DNA of 64,000 bases from a virus. Under the pieces are notes generated by a model, which worked only from the letters and a program-made list of their open reading frames with translations, searched no databases and was not told the origin of the DNA. Within the stretch, counting starts at the first letter, position 1, and every line of letters begins with the position of its first letter. Shown one piece after another: positions 25,679 to 35,427 of this stretch. Location: the IMG/VR virus record IMGVR_UViG_3300047160_018755, positions 96,001 through 160,000 of that record; one strand, 5' to 3'. The position numbers and the translations under genes are program-made.

Positions 25679-26392
25679 TTGAGTCCAGAGCTAATCGTTT
25701 TCGCATGCGTTCTGCGTACACTCGAAGTGGGCCCGCCAGCTGACGCACGCTGCCAGACACCGTTCATCCAGGAAGTCGTCACCGCCATCCAGAAGTACTC
25801 GCCCGAGACCAAGGTCCCCGCTCACATCGAGGCGGCCTTGATCTGGCACGAGTCGCGCTTCAAGAAGACCGCCCGCGGGACCCGCGGCGAGGTGGGGCTC
25901 ACGCAGCTACTTCGCCACGGCGCCGTGCAGGGTGCCGATCTGAAGCTCACGCGCAAGCAGCTGGAGGACGTCGACACCAACGTCCGCATCGGCATGCAGT
26001 ACTTGGGGACCTTCGTTCCCCAGTGCTCGACCGCGAGCCGCTGGCTAACCAAGTACAATCGGCCGGCGACGGGCTGCAAGTCGTCGCGCTACAGCCGGGG
26101 GATCCTCACGGATCTAGGTATGGCGCGAAGGGCAGGCCGACGATTGTTTGGGTCGTCGTTGGCAGAGGCATCGCCGGGTTCGTCACCACTTCCGTATACG
26201 TCCACGTGGCGATTAGATTGGGCGGCGCCTGACCACACTTCTCGCACGGAGGAGGATTCAGACCGTTCCACACCGCCGGATAGCGATGAGCTGCGCCATC
26301 CAGCGGGCACACGTCAGGGAACGTCCACACCGTCGGGACCGATACCGGCCCCCACTGAAACACAGCTGGCGGCTCCTTTCCAAGAGCCCTAA
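25679..26392 (+). CDS. Lytic transglycosylase (SLT domain)
   Basis: ALIWHESRF (catalytic Glu), GEVGLTQL, NVRIGMQYL. Confidence 0.8.
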   Translation: MSPELIVFACVLRTLEVGPPADARCQTPFIQEVVTAIQKYSPETKVPAHIEAALIWHESRFKKTARGTRGEVGLTQLLRHGAVQGADLKLTRKQLEDVDTNVRIGMQYLGTFVPQCSTASRWLTKYNRPATGCKSSRYSRGILTDLGMARRAGRRLFGSSLAEASPGSSPLPYTSTWRLDWAAPDHTSRTEEDSDRSTPPDSDELRHPAGTRQGTSTPSGPIPAPTETQLAAPFQEP

Positions 26393-26468
26393 GCAGCTCC
26401 GCGATCTCGGCCGGCGTTCCTTCGATCTCGTACTCGGCGTACGAGCCCGGGTTCATCTTGAGCTTCAC
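26106..26468 (-). CDS. Hypothetical Pro-rich zinc-binding protein
   Basis: CPL...HRY...CEKCG; coupled to upstream stop. Confidence 0.55.
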   Translation of the reverse strand: MKLKMNPGSYAEYEIEGTPAEIAELLRALGKEPPAVFQWGPVSVPTVWTFPDVCPLDGAAHRYPAVWNGLNPPPCEKCGQAPPNLIATWTYTEVVTNPAMPLPTTTQTIVGLPFAPYLDP

Positions 26469-26941
26469 GCGTCGCTCGTCTTCTTGGCCGGCGCGCCCTT
26501 GACGTGCGGCTCCAGCCGATCCCGCTGCGGAGGCTCCGCCGGGTTCTCGGGCATCGAGTAGGCGTCCCCGGGATGCGCCTTGAAACGAGCGATCTCGGAC
26601 TTCGGGTCCTTGGCGTGCTCCAGCACCTCCGGCGGCGGCGACAGCAGGTCCTTGTGGCCGAGCTGGTGAAGCGCGAGCGCGTACATCACGCCGTGCTTCT
26701 TGGCGGCCTCGTCGTTGCCGGCGGCGTGGGAGGCCTTCATGCCGTTCCAGTGGTGGGCCGCCGCCTTGGCGATCTGATCCTTGCGGTAGTCCTCGTGAGC
26801 ACGCGCCTGGGCCTCGTGACGAGGCATGCGGTGCATGTGCTCGTAGATGTCCGAGCGCATCTGGAGATCCGCCTCGTGCGTCGTGTCGGACATCGGGTAC
26901 TTGCCTTGCCACATGGGCAGGCGGGAGAGTTGGAATGCCAT
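26465..26941 (-). CDS. Hypothetical His-rich protein, probably virion-associated
   Basis: In the structural operon; codon bias. Confidence 0.6.
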   Translation of the reverse strand: MAFQLSRLPMWQGKYPMSDTTHEADLQMRSDIYEHMHRMPRHEAQARAHEDYRKDQIAKAAAHHWNGMKASHAAGNDEAAKKHGVMYALALHQLGHKDLLSPPPEVLEHAKDPKSEIARFKAHPGDAYSMPENPAEPPQRDRLEPHVKGAPAKKTSDA

Positions 26942-27925
26942 TTACTTGCGCCCCACAGCTTCTAGGAAGGTTACGACCGTCTCCCGATCCCAATCCTCAC
27001 CGAGGTGAAGCTCACTGTACTCCGGATGGTCGGTGACGTCAACTGACTTGGCGAGCGCTCGGAAGCAGAGGCACCCGACGAACTTGTGGTCCGCGTTGAA
27101 CTGGCGCATCGAGCACACCGGGCACGCCCGCTCCTGCTCCGAGCGCGTGAGCTTCACGGTCGACGACGTGACGGGCTTCGCTGGCTTCGCGCCAGGCGAG
27201 GCAGCCATCTTCGGGAGCTTCTGCTGCGTGGTGGGCGCAGCTGACGTCGCCGTCGGAGCTACAGGCGCTGCGGGAGCGACGGGACCGGCGGTCTTGCCGC
27301 TGCCCTCGCCCATCGCCTTCTTCTCCAGCTCCTGCTTCACGACCCGAAGGAGCGCCTTCGGATGCTTCAGGTGACTCTTGTGCTCAGGACAGGCGACGTA
27401 GCCGGTCTCCTTCACGTTCTTCGGATCGTAGTGGGTCGCCGGCTTGTCGCAGAAGTCACACTCGTGAGGAAGGTCCGACGGGGGCGTCTCTCCTGATCCA
27501 TCGCTGAGCTGCGCCTTGACCAGACTCTCGCCAACGAGGTGCGCCTTCGCCATCAGATCGATGGACTTGCCGAGACGCTGTAGCTCGGTATTGCGGCCGT
27601 TGCTGAACAACAGCGAGTCGAGACCCATCGCCGTCGACAACGCGCCAGCGACGTGGAAGATCGACTGCTCCTCGAACTTGTACATGTCCTCGCCGAGGGT
27701 GACATTGCCCGTGAAGCCCTTCTCCGACTTCGCGTAGCTCAGACTGCACTCGCCAAAGCCTGGGACGGTTCCGGCGTACGCTGGAACGGCCTCCAGCATC
27801 GCGAGGATGGTGCGCGGCACGATCATCTGCGCGAGGTACTCGGAGCGACCTGCGGCTTTCGCAAGGGCGAGAGCTGCGTCAGCGCCAAGAACGCCGATCA
27901 GAAACTGTGCACGGTTGAAAGACAT
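26942..27925 (-). CDS. Probable internal head protein with zinc fingers
   Basis: LAKA, YAKS, LGKS, MAKA, LVKA, LAKS motifs; CDFC and CPVC fingers. Confidence 0.6.
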   Translation of the reverse strand: MSFNRAQFLIGVLGADAALALAKAAGRSEYLAQMIVPRTILAMLEAVPAYAGTVPGFGECSLSYAKSEKGFTGNVTLGEDMYKFEEQSIFHVAGALSTAMGLDSLLFSNGRNTELQRLGKSIDLMAKAHLVGESLVKAQLSDGSGETPPSDLPHECDFCDKPATHYDPKNVKETGYVACPEHKSHLKHPKALLRVVKQELEKKAMGEGSGKTAGPVAPAAPVAPTATSAAPTTQQKLPKMAASPGAKPAKPVTSSTVKLTRSEQERACPVCSMRQFNADHKFVGCLCFRALAKSVDVTDHPEYSELHLGEDWDRETVVTFLEAVGRK

Positions 27926-27940
27926 CTGCTTCACCAAAGA

Positions 27941-28768
27941 TTAGCGCGGTCCGAAGTCGGACTGGCGCGGACCTTTCACCTGGCGCTCGCTGTTGGGGTT
28001 CACCGCGAGATCGTCGTTGTCTTCCTTCTCGAAGACGTACTCGCGGGTCATCTGCCACTGCTGCGGGAAACGCCTCACCTCGCGACCATCGGGCGTCTCG
28101 ACCTGAGCGATGCGCACCTGGTGCTGGAGATTCTTCACGTACCAGTACGGGCGGTACATGAAGCGGATGGAGTAGATCGTGCCCTTGTGAGCGACGAGAT
28201 CGTAGCCGATGGACTGCTTCCACACGAGCTGACCGCCCTCGATCGTGTACTCCTCCGGACCGTGCTTCATCCCCTTCGAGTCGATGATGTCGACGACGGA
28301 CACGCACGGAAAGTCGAGGCGGTCGTGCAACGTCACGTGGTGCTCCACGCGCTGCGTGTGCGGAACGAGAATCGACTCCTCCTGGAGGTAGAAGCGATCG
28401 AACGGCATCACATCAACGATGGTGTCGTTGTTGTCGTCGTACGCGTACGGCGCGGTGACGTTGACCGTGCCTCCGGCCATGAGCCCCGTGTCGTGCTGGT
28501 CCATCTTGTTGCCAGCACTGAGCATCAGGCAGGTGACTTCACCGGCCTTGGTGTAGATGTGACCGTTGGAGCAGCCCGAGTGGTCGTGGAACGTGCGGCG
28601 CACGTCGTACCGATCTGACATGCCGACCGGACAGGGCATGCCACGCCAATGCACGAGCTTCGCTCCTTGCGAGCGAATGAGAACGTCGAAGGCATCTGCG
28701 TCCCAGTTGACTGTGGTCAACGTGGTCGTCAGATCGACGTTGCCCTCTGGTCCGCGGGGGATCGCCAT
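27941..28768 (-). CDS. Head-closure/neck protein
   Basis: FDVLIRSQG..LVHWRGMPCP...CSNGHIY pattern; synteny. Confidence 0.65.
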   Translation of the reverse strand: MAIPRGPEGNVDLTTTLTTVNWDADAFDVLIRSQGAKLVHWRGMPCPVGMSDRYDVRRTFHDHSGCSNGHIYTKAGEVTCLMLSAGNKMDQHDTGLMAGGTVNVTAPYAYDDNNDTIVDVMPFDRFYLQEESILVPHTQRVEHHVTLHDRLDFPCVSVVDIIDSKGMKHGPEEYTIEGGQLVWKQSIGYDLVAHKGTIYSIRFMYRPYWYVKNLQHQVRIAQVETPDGREVRRFPQQWQMTREYVFEKEDNDDLAVNPNSERQVKGPRQSDFGPR

Positions 28769-28774
28769 GGTCCG

Positions 28775-29080
28775 TTACTTGCGACCCTTGTTGAAGGCGT
28801 CGGTGATGGCGTCGTACTTCGGGACGATGTTCTGGAAGGTCGAGGGATCGACCCAGTCCGACTTCGCGAGCGTGGTCAGCTTGATGCTGGGCTCGCGCTT
28901 CTTGGCGAGGTAGCGGGCGACTGCGCGGTGAGGGCCGACTCCGAGGTAGTCGATCTTCGGTCCGCGGACGGAGCAGACGATGTGGAGGCCTCCCTTGAGG
29001 CCAAGCTCCATGACGGGGTTCCCATCGCTGGTCGAGCCGATTCGCTCTTTGTAATCGATCTCTTGGGGCTGAATCTGCAT
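28775..29080 (-). CDS. Hypothetical virion-region protein
   Basis: Late motif 6 nt upstream; LAKS motif. Confidence 0.65.
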   Translation of the reverse strand: MQIQPQEIDYKERIGSTSDGNPVMELGLKGGLHIVCSVRGPKIDYLGVGPHRAVARYLAKKREPSIKLTTLAKSDWVDPSTFQNIVPKYDAITDAFNKGRK

Positions 29081-29098
29081 ACCCTAAAGATTAGGGGC

Positions 29099-29127
29099 TT
29101 GACAAGGAATTTTGATCGTGGTACCTT
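29099..29127 (+). promoter_or_regulatory. Host sigma70-type promoter, 7 nt before ATG
   Basis: TTGACA-17 nt-TACCTT with TG extension. Confidence 0.65.
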
Positions 29128-29134
29128 CTTGACC

Positions 29135-29581
29135 ATGGGAACAAACTGGACGTTCGACGACGGCGGTCGCAAGGCCGCGGGGTTCAAAGGATCAACGGGC
29201 GACTGCGTCTACCGCGCCATCGCCATCGCCACGGGCACGCCGTACGATCAGGTGTGCGCCATGGTCGCCAACGCGGCGTTCTACGAACGCCCGGGAGCCA
29301 AGCGGCGCAAGGGCCGGCGCTCCAACCAGAAGAACGGGGTCTTCAAGGCCACCATCGATCGCATCATGCGCGACAACTTCCCCCAGTGGAAGTGGACGCC
29401 CACCATGAGCATCGGGAGCGGCTGCAAGGTCCACGTCCGGGCGGACGAGCTTCCGAAGGGCAAGATCATCCTCTCGCTGTCCAAGCACCTGGCGGCGATG
29501 ATCGACGGCGTGGTGCACGACACTCACGACCCGAGCCGTGGCGGCACCCGCTGTGTCTACGGGTACTGGAGCCTGGCATGA
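29135..29581 (+). CDS. Conserved-looking phage hypothetical protein
   Basis: DDGGR..AGF.G..GDCVYRAIAIATG...H...MIDGVVHDTHD. Confidence 0.7.
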   Translation: MGTNWTFDDGGRKAAGFKGSTGDCVYRAIAIATGTPYDQVCAMVANAAFYERPGAKRRKGRRSNQKNGVFKATIDRIMRDNFPQWKWTPTMSIGSGCKVHVRADELPKGKIILSLSKHLAAMIDGVVHDTHDPSRGGTRCVYGYWSLA

Positions 29582-29754
29582 GCGACCTCTGGGAAGAGCT
29601 GGTCTTCAAGCTCAACAAGCGCATCTTCCAGCTGGAGGCGGAGAACAAGCGCCTTCGCGAGGAGCACGGCAAGGCCATCGGCCTGGCTGCCTCGCTGGCC
29701 GAGACCAGCGATCGCATGAAGCTCCAGCTCATCCTCGCGGGGCGCCTCAAGTGA
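29578..29754 (+). CDS. Small coiled-coil protein
   Basis: ATGA coupling; heptad pattern. Confidence 0.6.
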   Translation: MSDLWEELVFKLNKRIFQLEAENKRLREEHGKAIGLAASLAETSDRMKLQLILAGRLK

Positions 29755-30044
29755 CCTTCGCCGAGGAGGCCGAGCGAGCCGGCCGCGACCTACTCAAAGA
29801 GCCGCTGCCACCCGCCGACCCGGTCCGGAAAACCATCCGCTTCCGGGCTCGGGTTCCCGCTCGCCTGGGCAAGGGCGGCCGGCCGCGTGACGCCATCGTC
29901 ACGATCGACAAGGCCCTCACGCTGCACATCCGCCCGTTCCGGGGCCGAAAAGACTACTCGATGTCGCTGGAACAAGCCGTTGGCTGGCTCATCCAGAAAC
30001 TCGTCGTCGGCGACAAAGGTCGCCCACGCAAGCGCCGCCTTTAG
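29751..30044 (+). CDS. Basic hypothetical protein
   Basis: GTGA coupling. Confidence 0.55.
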   Translation: MTFAEEAERAGRDLLKEPLPPADPVRKTIRFRARVPARLGKGGRPRDAIVTIDKALTLHIRPFRGRKDYSMSLEQAVGWLIQKLVVGDKGRPRKRRL

Positions 30045-30370
30045 CGCGTCCGGGTGATCTTGCACGCGCCATCGCTCGGGACGATCAGGAGGTCCTGGGC
30101 GGTGCGCGCCGGCACGTCGACGCTGTAGTAGTTGTTCTCGCAGTCGACCGCGAAGGTCACCGAGGTGAGCTTCGGGTTCTTGAACGTGAGGACGTGATTG
30201 GTCACCCAGTACGGGCGGCGAGGATCGGCCACCGTGTTCCAGTGCGTGTAGCGCACGTCGGTCACGACGGGGTTGACCTCATCGCCCGTGTAGGGGCGCG
30301 AGGTGGCGCAGCCCGCCCACAGAGTGAGCAGGGCAACGAATGCAACAGTGAGAAACGCTTTGAGCTTCAT
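30041..30370 (-). CDS. Putative lipoprotein
   Basis: MKLKAFLTVAFVALLTLWAGC lipobox. Confidence 0.7.
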   Translation of the reverse strand: MKLKAFLTVAFVALLTLWAGCATSRPYTGDEVNPVVTDVRYTHWNTVADPRRPYWVTNHVLTFKNPKLTSVTFAVDCENNYYSVDVPARTAQDLLIVPSDGACKITRTR

Positions 30371-30393
30371 GTGGTATCCCTCCGACCCTAAGA

Positions 30394-33300
30394 TTAGGTC
30401 GTTACCCACAACGAGTTGATGATCAAATCGAGGGGCTCGTTGCCGAGGCGGACAGACACCTTCTGCAAGCGATCCATCGTGGGAATCGTGTTGATTCCGT
30501 AGCGCTGGCAGATGAGGCGCACGTCACCCGGAACGATTTTCCCAAACCAAGTCTTCAGCTCCTCAGCAACAGACGCCGGCACCCGCGGCAACGACTTGAG
30601 CTTCGTTGCGGTGTCGAGCTGGTGGAAGTTCTCGTCGAGGCACCACGCGCGCAGGTAGTACGGCACGAACGAGTTGCCGTCGTGGCCAGGATCGAAGCTC
30701 GGGCCGGCGAAGGCCGAGCCGTGATCGATGAGCTGCACGTCACCCTTCGGGTCGACCATCACGTTCTGGCCGTGCGAGTCCGGGTTGCCGAGGATGTAGT
30801 CGATCACGGCCCACTTGTGGACCAGACCCTCGTGCAGGTACTTGTGCAGGACGCTGCGAGCAGTGCCCGGCTCCTTGCGCTCCATCTCGTCGAGCGTCTT
30901 GAAGTCGAGAGCGAGCAGGTGGAGCGCGGAGTACATCTTATCGTCGATGATGACAAGCTCCGCGCGCGGGTACCACTTGCCGATCTCCCACTGCTTCGCG
31001 ATGTGGTAGAACGCGGCCTCGCGAGCGTTGGGGTTCGACGGGTCCTCCTTCGAGCCTGCGGCTCCGCCAGCTCCACCGCTGCCGGACTTGAGCAACAGCG
31101 TCGTCTTCGTCTGCTCATCGTAGGCGATGAACGATCCCTTCGAGTGCTTGCCGCCGAGCGCGACCGGGAACACGAAGTGCGTCTTGAACGCACGCTCGAT
31201 CATTCGCGCCACATCCTCACCCTCAAGATGCGCGGTCACGACCTTCGAAGCGGTCGGCGTCGGCTCCATGATCGGATCCGACTTCGTCAGCCCGCAGATG
31301 GCGTGCAGGGCCTTCAGGTTCTCTTCGCTGCACGGCAGGCCGTACGCCTGGAGCGCAGCACGATCCACGTCACCATCCTCGAAGTAGAGGGCCTGGCGCA
31401 TCGACTCGTCCGAGATGAGCGCTCCGTTGGCGAGGAACTTGGCTGCCTTGAATGCGCGGTGGTTCGCCGGCTCGAAGCCGAGCTGCATGGTCACGATCGG
31501 ATGCTTCGCCACGCCCTCCATCGGAGCCGAGGCGGCCGGGGTGAGCAGATCGAGTGCCTTCGAGAGCATCTTCTGGAGGTGCTGCGGGCCGAAGGCGGGG
31601 TTCGACATCACGCCGGCACGAAGGAGCGTGTCCGGGTGCAGGGCGTGGGTCGCCTCGTCAGCCAGCGTCGGAGACACGCTCTTGTTGCGCAGGAGCGCCC
31701 CGATGAGGCCCGGCGCGGCCGAGGTCGGCAGCAGCTGGGCCTTGGGGAGCAGGTCCTTGAAGATCTCGGCCAGAGCCGGCGTCGACAGACCTTGGTTTGA
31801 CTCCAAGGCGCGCTCCGCGAGCGCCACCACGTGGGGCTCGCCGCGGTCGGCAGCGCGCTGGACGAGGGCCCGGAGGGAGCCGTAGGGCAGCTCCAGGTGC
31901 TCCACAGCGCGCGAGCCGAGGTCTCCTGACCCGCCGCCAGGGACCGTCAGGGCCGTCTTCAGGGCGTGATCCAAGACATCCGCGGCGGCCCTCTTGTGGC
32001 TCAGAATCGCGATTCGCGAATCGTGGACGACATCCGGGTCCATGTACATGGAGCGAAGGAGCCCTTCGGGCGCCTCTGGATGAGCCGCGATCTGGGCGAC
32101 GGTCGCCGCGTAGCAGGCGGGGCCGCACATGCGCGCGGCGCGCGCGAGCGCGGTGAAGTGGTAGGGCTGGAGCTTCCCGGGCTGGCCCAGGAAGAAGTCC
32201 TTCTGGGCCTGCGGGTAGGCGCCGTTCTTGCCGACCACCGCCTCCATCAAGCTCAGCGACTGGGAGGGCCCGAAGAGCGGGTGGTTGATGGCGGCCTGGT
32301 AGATGGACGGGTCAGGATCGAGGGCGGCCTGGAAGAGGTGCTCGGGACGGACCGTGTCGAGCTTGAGGGCCATGCCGCGCTCGATCGGGTCCGGGTTGTC
32401 AAGCATGCGGAAGACCTCGTCCTCCGCCTTCGCAAGATGCGGCAGATGGGTACCGACCATGGCGGCCTGGTCGACATGCTCGCTGGGCAGCTCGTATGCG
32501 TCGAGCTTGCCGCCACCCTCGGCCTTCGCCGCGTGGTACTTGTGGTTGCCGTCGACGACCTCGTAGAGCCCCGTCGAGTTCCGCTTCACTACGAGGGGTG
32601 GGAGTTTCCCCTCCTTGCGGTACATCTTGCGGTAGAGGTCGTAGCGGGACTTGTTCTTGACGTCGTTCTTCGGGACGAGCTTGTCGGTCGTCACCGTGAT
32701 CGGCTTGATGGTCGGGCCGTAGTGGTCCTTCAACGCGGACACGTAGCCGGCGTCGTAGTTGGGGCGGTCCGGGTGCTGGATCGAGGGGATGGAAATGCGG
32801 CTCGTGCCCCAGTCGTCCGAGTGCCAGACCTTGGGCTCCTTCTTTTCGAGCGTGTCCCAGTCCTCGGACTTCTGGACCTTGAAGATCTGGCGCAGGAGGT
32901 TCGTCGAATCCTTCGGGCCATGGAGGTGGTTGTAGACCTTCGGCGGAAGGCCTTCCTCGACGTCGATCCACTCCCACTCAGAGACCTCGTCATCGGGATC
33001 GTTCTTCGGATGCGGAGAGCCGGACACGTACGCGCTGAAGCAGTACGCCTCGGTGCCGTCGGGGAGCGTGTAGTTCTTGAGGTGCGACAGGCTCACCGCA
33101 TGTAGCCCCGTCTCCTCGTACAGCTCGCGGGTCGCGCACTGCTCGGGAGACTCGCCCTCCTCGAAGTGGCCGGCGGGGAGCGTGTAGAAGTCGTTGTCGT
33201 TGCGCTTGCCGACGAGCAGCTGCCCCTCGCCGTTGTAGCAGGTGATGATCGCGACGCGATTGGCGTGGTTGCGGAACTTGTTCTCCAGCTCCTTCGCCTC

Positions 33301-33561
33301 GTCGTGTGCCTGCTCGTACTGCTCGTGCTTGTCGTGCATGAGGTGCGCTTCGCGGCACTCGTGCAGAGCAACGAGCGGGATCTCATCTCGCGGCGTGTTG
33401 TTGTCGATCCAGATCTGGCCCTGCGGAATCCACTTGTAGCGCTCCGGGTTGCCGCCTTGGACGAAGTCCGAGTCGTGCTCGTTGCGGATGACCTCTCCGT
33501 CGACGAGAAAGATCTTCAGCCCGTGAGGACAGGCTCCGATGGGTTGCTTGCGGACATCCAT
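30394..33561 (-). CDS. Multidomain (polyvalent) protein: HE-motif domain, Nudix, ParB-like, helical repeats, PI3K/HipA-like kinase
   Basis: GHFEEGESPEQCATRELYEETGL Nudix box; PPLVV...VVDGNHK; DYILGNPDSHGQN...LIDHG. Confidence 0.8.
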   Translation of the reverse strand: MDVRKQPIGACPHGLKIFLVDGEVIRNEHDSDFVQGGNPERYKWIPQGQIWIDNNTPRDEIPLVALHECREAHLMHDKHEQYEQAHDEAKELENKFRNHANRVAIITCYNGEGQLLVGKRNDNDFYTLPAGHFEEGESPEQCATRELYEETGLHAVSLSHLKNYTLPDGTEAYCFSAYVSGSPHPKNDPDDEVSEWEWIDVEEGLPPKVYNHLHGPKDSTNLLRQIFKVQKSEDWDTLEKKEPKVWHSDDWGTSRISIPSIQHPDRPNYDAGYVSALKDHYGPTIKPITVTTDKLVPKNDVKNKSRYDLYRKMYRKEGKLPPLVVKRNSTGLYEVVDGNHKYHAAKAEGGGKLDAYELPSEHVDQAAMVGTHLPHLAKAEDEVFRMLDNPDPIERGMALKLDTVRPEHLFQAALDPDPSIYQAAINHPLFGPSQSLSLMEAVVGKNGAYPQAQKDFFLGQPGKLQPYHFTALARAARMCGPACYAATVAQIAAHPEAPEGLLRSMYMDPDVVHDSRIAILSHKRAAADVLDHALKTALTVPGGGSGDLGSRAVEHLELPYGSLRALVQRAADRGEPHVVALAERALESNQGLSTPALAEIFKDLLPKAQLLPTSAAPGLIGALLRNKSVSPTLADEATHALHPDTLLRAGVMSNPAFGPQHLQKMLSKALDLLTPAASAPMEGVAKHPIVTMQLGFEPANHRAFKAAKFLANGALISDESMRQALYFEDGDVDRAALQAYGLPCSEENLKALHAICGLTKSDPIMEPTPTASKVVTAHLEGEDVARMIERAFKTHFVFPVALGGKHSKGSFIAYDEQTKTTLLLKSGSGGAGGAAGSKEDPSNPNAREAAFYHIAKQWEIGKWYPRAELVIIDDKMYSALHLLALDFKTLDEMERKEPGTARSVLHKYLHEGLVHKWAVIDYILGNPDSHGQNVMVDPKGDVQLIDHGSAFAGPSFDPGHDGNSFVPYYLRAWCLDENFHQLDTATKLKSLPRVPASVAEELKTWFGKIVPGDVRLICQRYGINTIPTMDRLQKVSVRLGNEPLDLIINSLWVTT

Positions 33562-33568
33562 GGAACCC

Positions 33569-34417
33569 TTACACGTTGTCGGAGAAGAACTTGAGCCCGT
33601 AGTAGTTCTTCATCTTGTTGACGAGCATCTCACGCTTCTCCGCGAGGTCCGCCATGCGCTTGGTGAAGATCTCGGGGCCCGGCGTACTCACCGACTGCGA
33701 CGCGCCGTCGATGCTCAAGCTAGAGCCCGAGGACTTGCCGTACGTGCTCGCGAGCTGCGACAGAACGTCCATCGCCGCGATGGTGCCGATGAGTTCGTTG
33801 ATGGGGATCGGAACCTGCCCGTCGGGGAAGCCGCAGGTGTAGACGATCTGCCAGAACGCCGCGACCCACTGCGACTTACCCTGGAAGACCGAGAGGAGCA
33901 ACGCGCCGCCGGCCGTCGTCGGGATCGCCGTCGGATTGCCGTTCGTGAGGGCGATGGTGAGCGGGATGATGTTGAGCTGGCCCTTGTGGAGGTTCGCGGT
34001 CTCGACCCACTCCAGCGGCACCATGTAGATGTCGTCGTTGTTCGAAAGGTTGACCGTGATGGACTCGACGCTGTTGCACGGACGACGGTTCAGGCGGAAG
34101 TAGCCGAACGAGTCGTACTCCTGGCGGTCCCAGGCGTGCTTCTCCTTGATCTGCGTCGGGAAGATGAGCAGCCCCGTCTCCGTCTCGGCAGTGCTGACGG
34201 CCGAGTGGATGTAGACCTTCAGGTCGTCGTCGGTAAGGCGATCGGCTCGGTTCGTGATCGGGTCCTTCATGCCCGAAACGAGCGGGATGCCGAAGAGGTG
34301 CTTGCGCTTCAGCTGGGCCGGAGTGATGAGCGGCTCGACTCGCTGCCAGGTGCTGTCGACCTGCCCGGACGGGTAGATGTCGCCGATGCCTGGCTTTGAA
34401 TTGGTGTAGTCGCTCAT
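33569..34417 (-). CDS. Head-tail adaptor protein
   Basis: Position; YIHSAVSTAE..TG, YTCGF and SLSIDGASQS segments. Confidence 0.65.
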   Translation of the reverse strand: MSDYTNSKPGIGDIYPSGQVDSTWQRVEPLITPAQLKRKHLFGIPLVSGMKDPITNRADRLTDDDLKVYIHSAVSTAETETGLLIFPTQIKEKHAWDRQEYDSFGYFRLNRRPCNSVESITVNLSNNDDIYMVPLEWVETANLHKGQLNIIPLTIALTNGNPTAIPTTAGGALLLSVFQGKSQWVAAFWQIVYTCGFPDGQVPIPINELIGTIAAMDVLSQLASTYGKSSGSSLSIDGASQSVSTPGPEIFTKRMADLAEKREMLVNKMKNYYGLKFFSDNV

Positions 34418-34608
34418 CAGTCGTCTCGCGATTCGGGGTGAAGAAGCATGTTGATCGTTTGCGCGGTCGAGGCCAGCTCCGCGATGATCTCCCAGTCGAC
34501 CTGGTCGTAGTCGACCTTCAAGAAGTCCTTGATGTCGGCCTGGATGTTCATGAGGGTGCCGCGGCGAGTGCGGTCATTGTGGTCTACTGCGACGTCAGTC
34601 TCCATCAT
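34417..34608 (-). CDS. Hypothetical protein
   Basis: Coupled start and stop codons. Confidence 0.55.
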   Translation of the reverse strand: MMETDVAVDHNDRTRRGTLMNIQADIKDFLKVDYDQVDWEIIAELASTAQTINMLLHPESRDD

Positions 34609-35009
34609 CGCACCCGGAGGAGGACGCCCTTCGGATTGACGAACGTGCGGACGATGGGGCCGGGCTCCGTGAGCGCCGCCGACATCGTCACCGTTCCGGC
34701 GAGAGGGTCCGTCGAGAGGATCGGGATGTACCAGATGCTCGCATCGAGCGTCGGGTACGCCTGCACCGCAGTGCGCGTGACCACCTTCGCGTCGTCGATG
34801 TTGTTGAACGTCACGATCAGCGTGGAGGTCGCGGGCGGGCAGTAACGACGGCCGGCGGGCGAGAAGCCCTGGTCGGTGCGATCGACCGCCTCGTTCGTCA
34901 GCTGAATGTAGAGGTTCTGGGTGTCACCCTTGTACATCTCCGCGGCGGAAATGACCTGGAAGGTGTTGACGCCAGTGACGTCGGTGAGAAAGCGGCAGCC
35001 TAGAATCAT
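34605..35009 (-). CDS. Beta-rich virion-region protein
   Basis: ATGA overlap; structural operon. Confidence 0.6.
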   Translation of the reverse strand: MILGCRFLTDVTGVNTFQVISAAEMYKGDTQNLYIQLTNEAVDRTDQGFSPAGRRYCPPATSTLIVTFNNIDDAKVVTRTAVQAYPTLDASIWYIPILSTDPLAGTVTMSAALTEPGPIVRTFVNPKGVLLRVR

Positions 35010-35407
35010 CGGTACTTGTCCTTGTAGTTCGCCAGAGCAATGCAACGAGCAGTGGAATCGCCCAAAAGTCCTAGAGCAGCATTGCAGGGCGAGCAGAGCA
35101 ACCCTCGAACCTTACCTGTCGCGTGATCGTGATCCACACACAGGGTTCCCATCGGAACCTCATCACACGCAGCGCACTTACCCTCCTGAACGCGCACCAT
35201 TTCCTTGAAAGCGCCCTCAGTAATGCCGTACCTGGTGGATAGCCAATATCGACGCCAATTTTGTCGATAGTGGGTACGCGAAGAAGGCTGCGCGCCGATG
35301 GTCTTCTTGCAAGACTTACAAGTACCCTGACGCCCCGAAGGCGAAGCCTTCCGGCGATGAAAATCAGTCTCCACCTTCTCCAGATGGCAGGAGTTGCAGG
35401 TCAGCAC
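35006..35407 (-). CDS. Endonuclease VII-like (His-Me finger) endonuclease
   Basis: YGIT...QEGKCAAC...VDHDHATGKVRGLLCSPCNAALG. Confidence 0.9.
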   Translation of the reverse strand: MLTCNSCHLEKVETDFHRRKASPSGRQGTCKSCKKTIGAQPSSRTHYRQNWRRYWLSTRYGITEGAFKEMVRVQEGKCAACDEVPMGTLCVDHDHATGKVRGLLCSPCNAALGLLGDSTARCIALANYKDKYR

Positions 35408-35427
35408 CTCCTAAAGATTGCGGCTAC

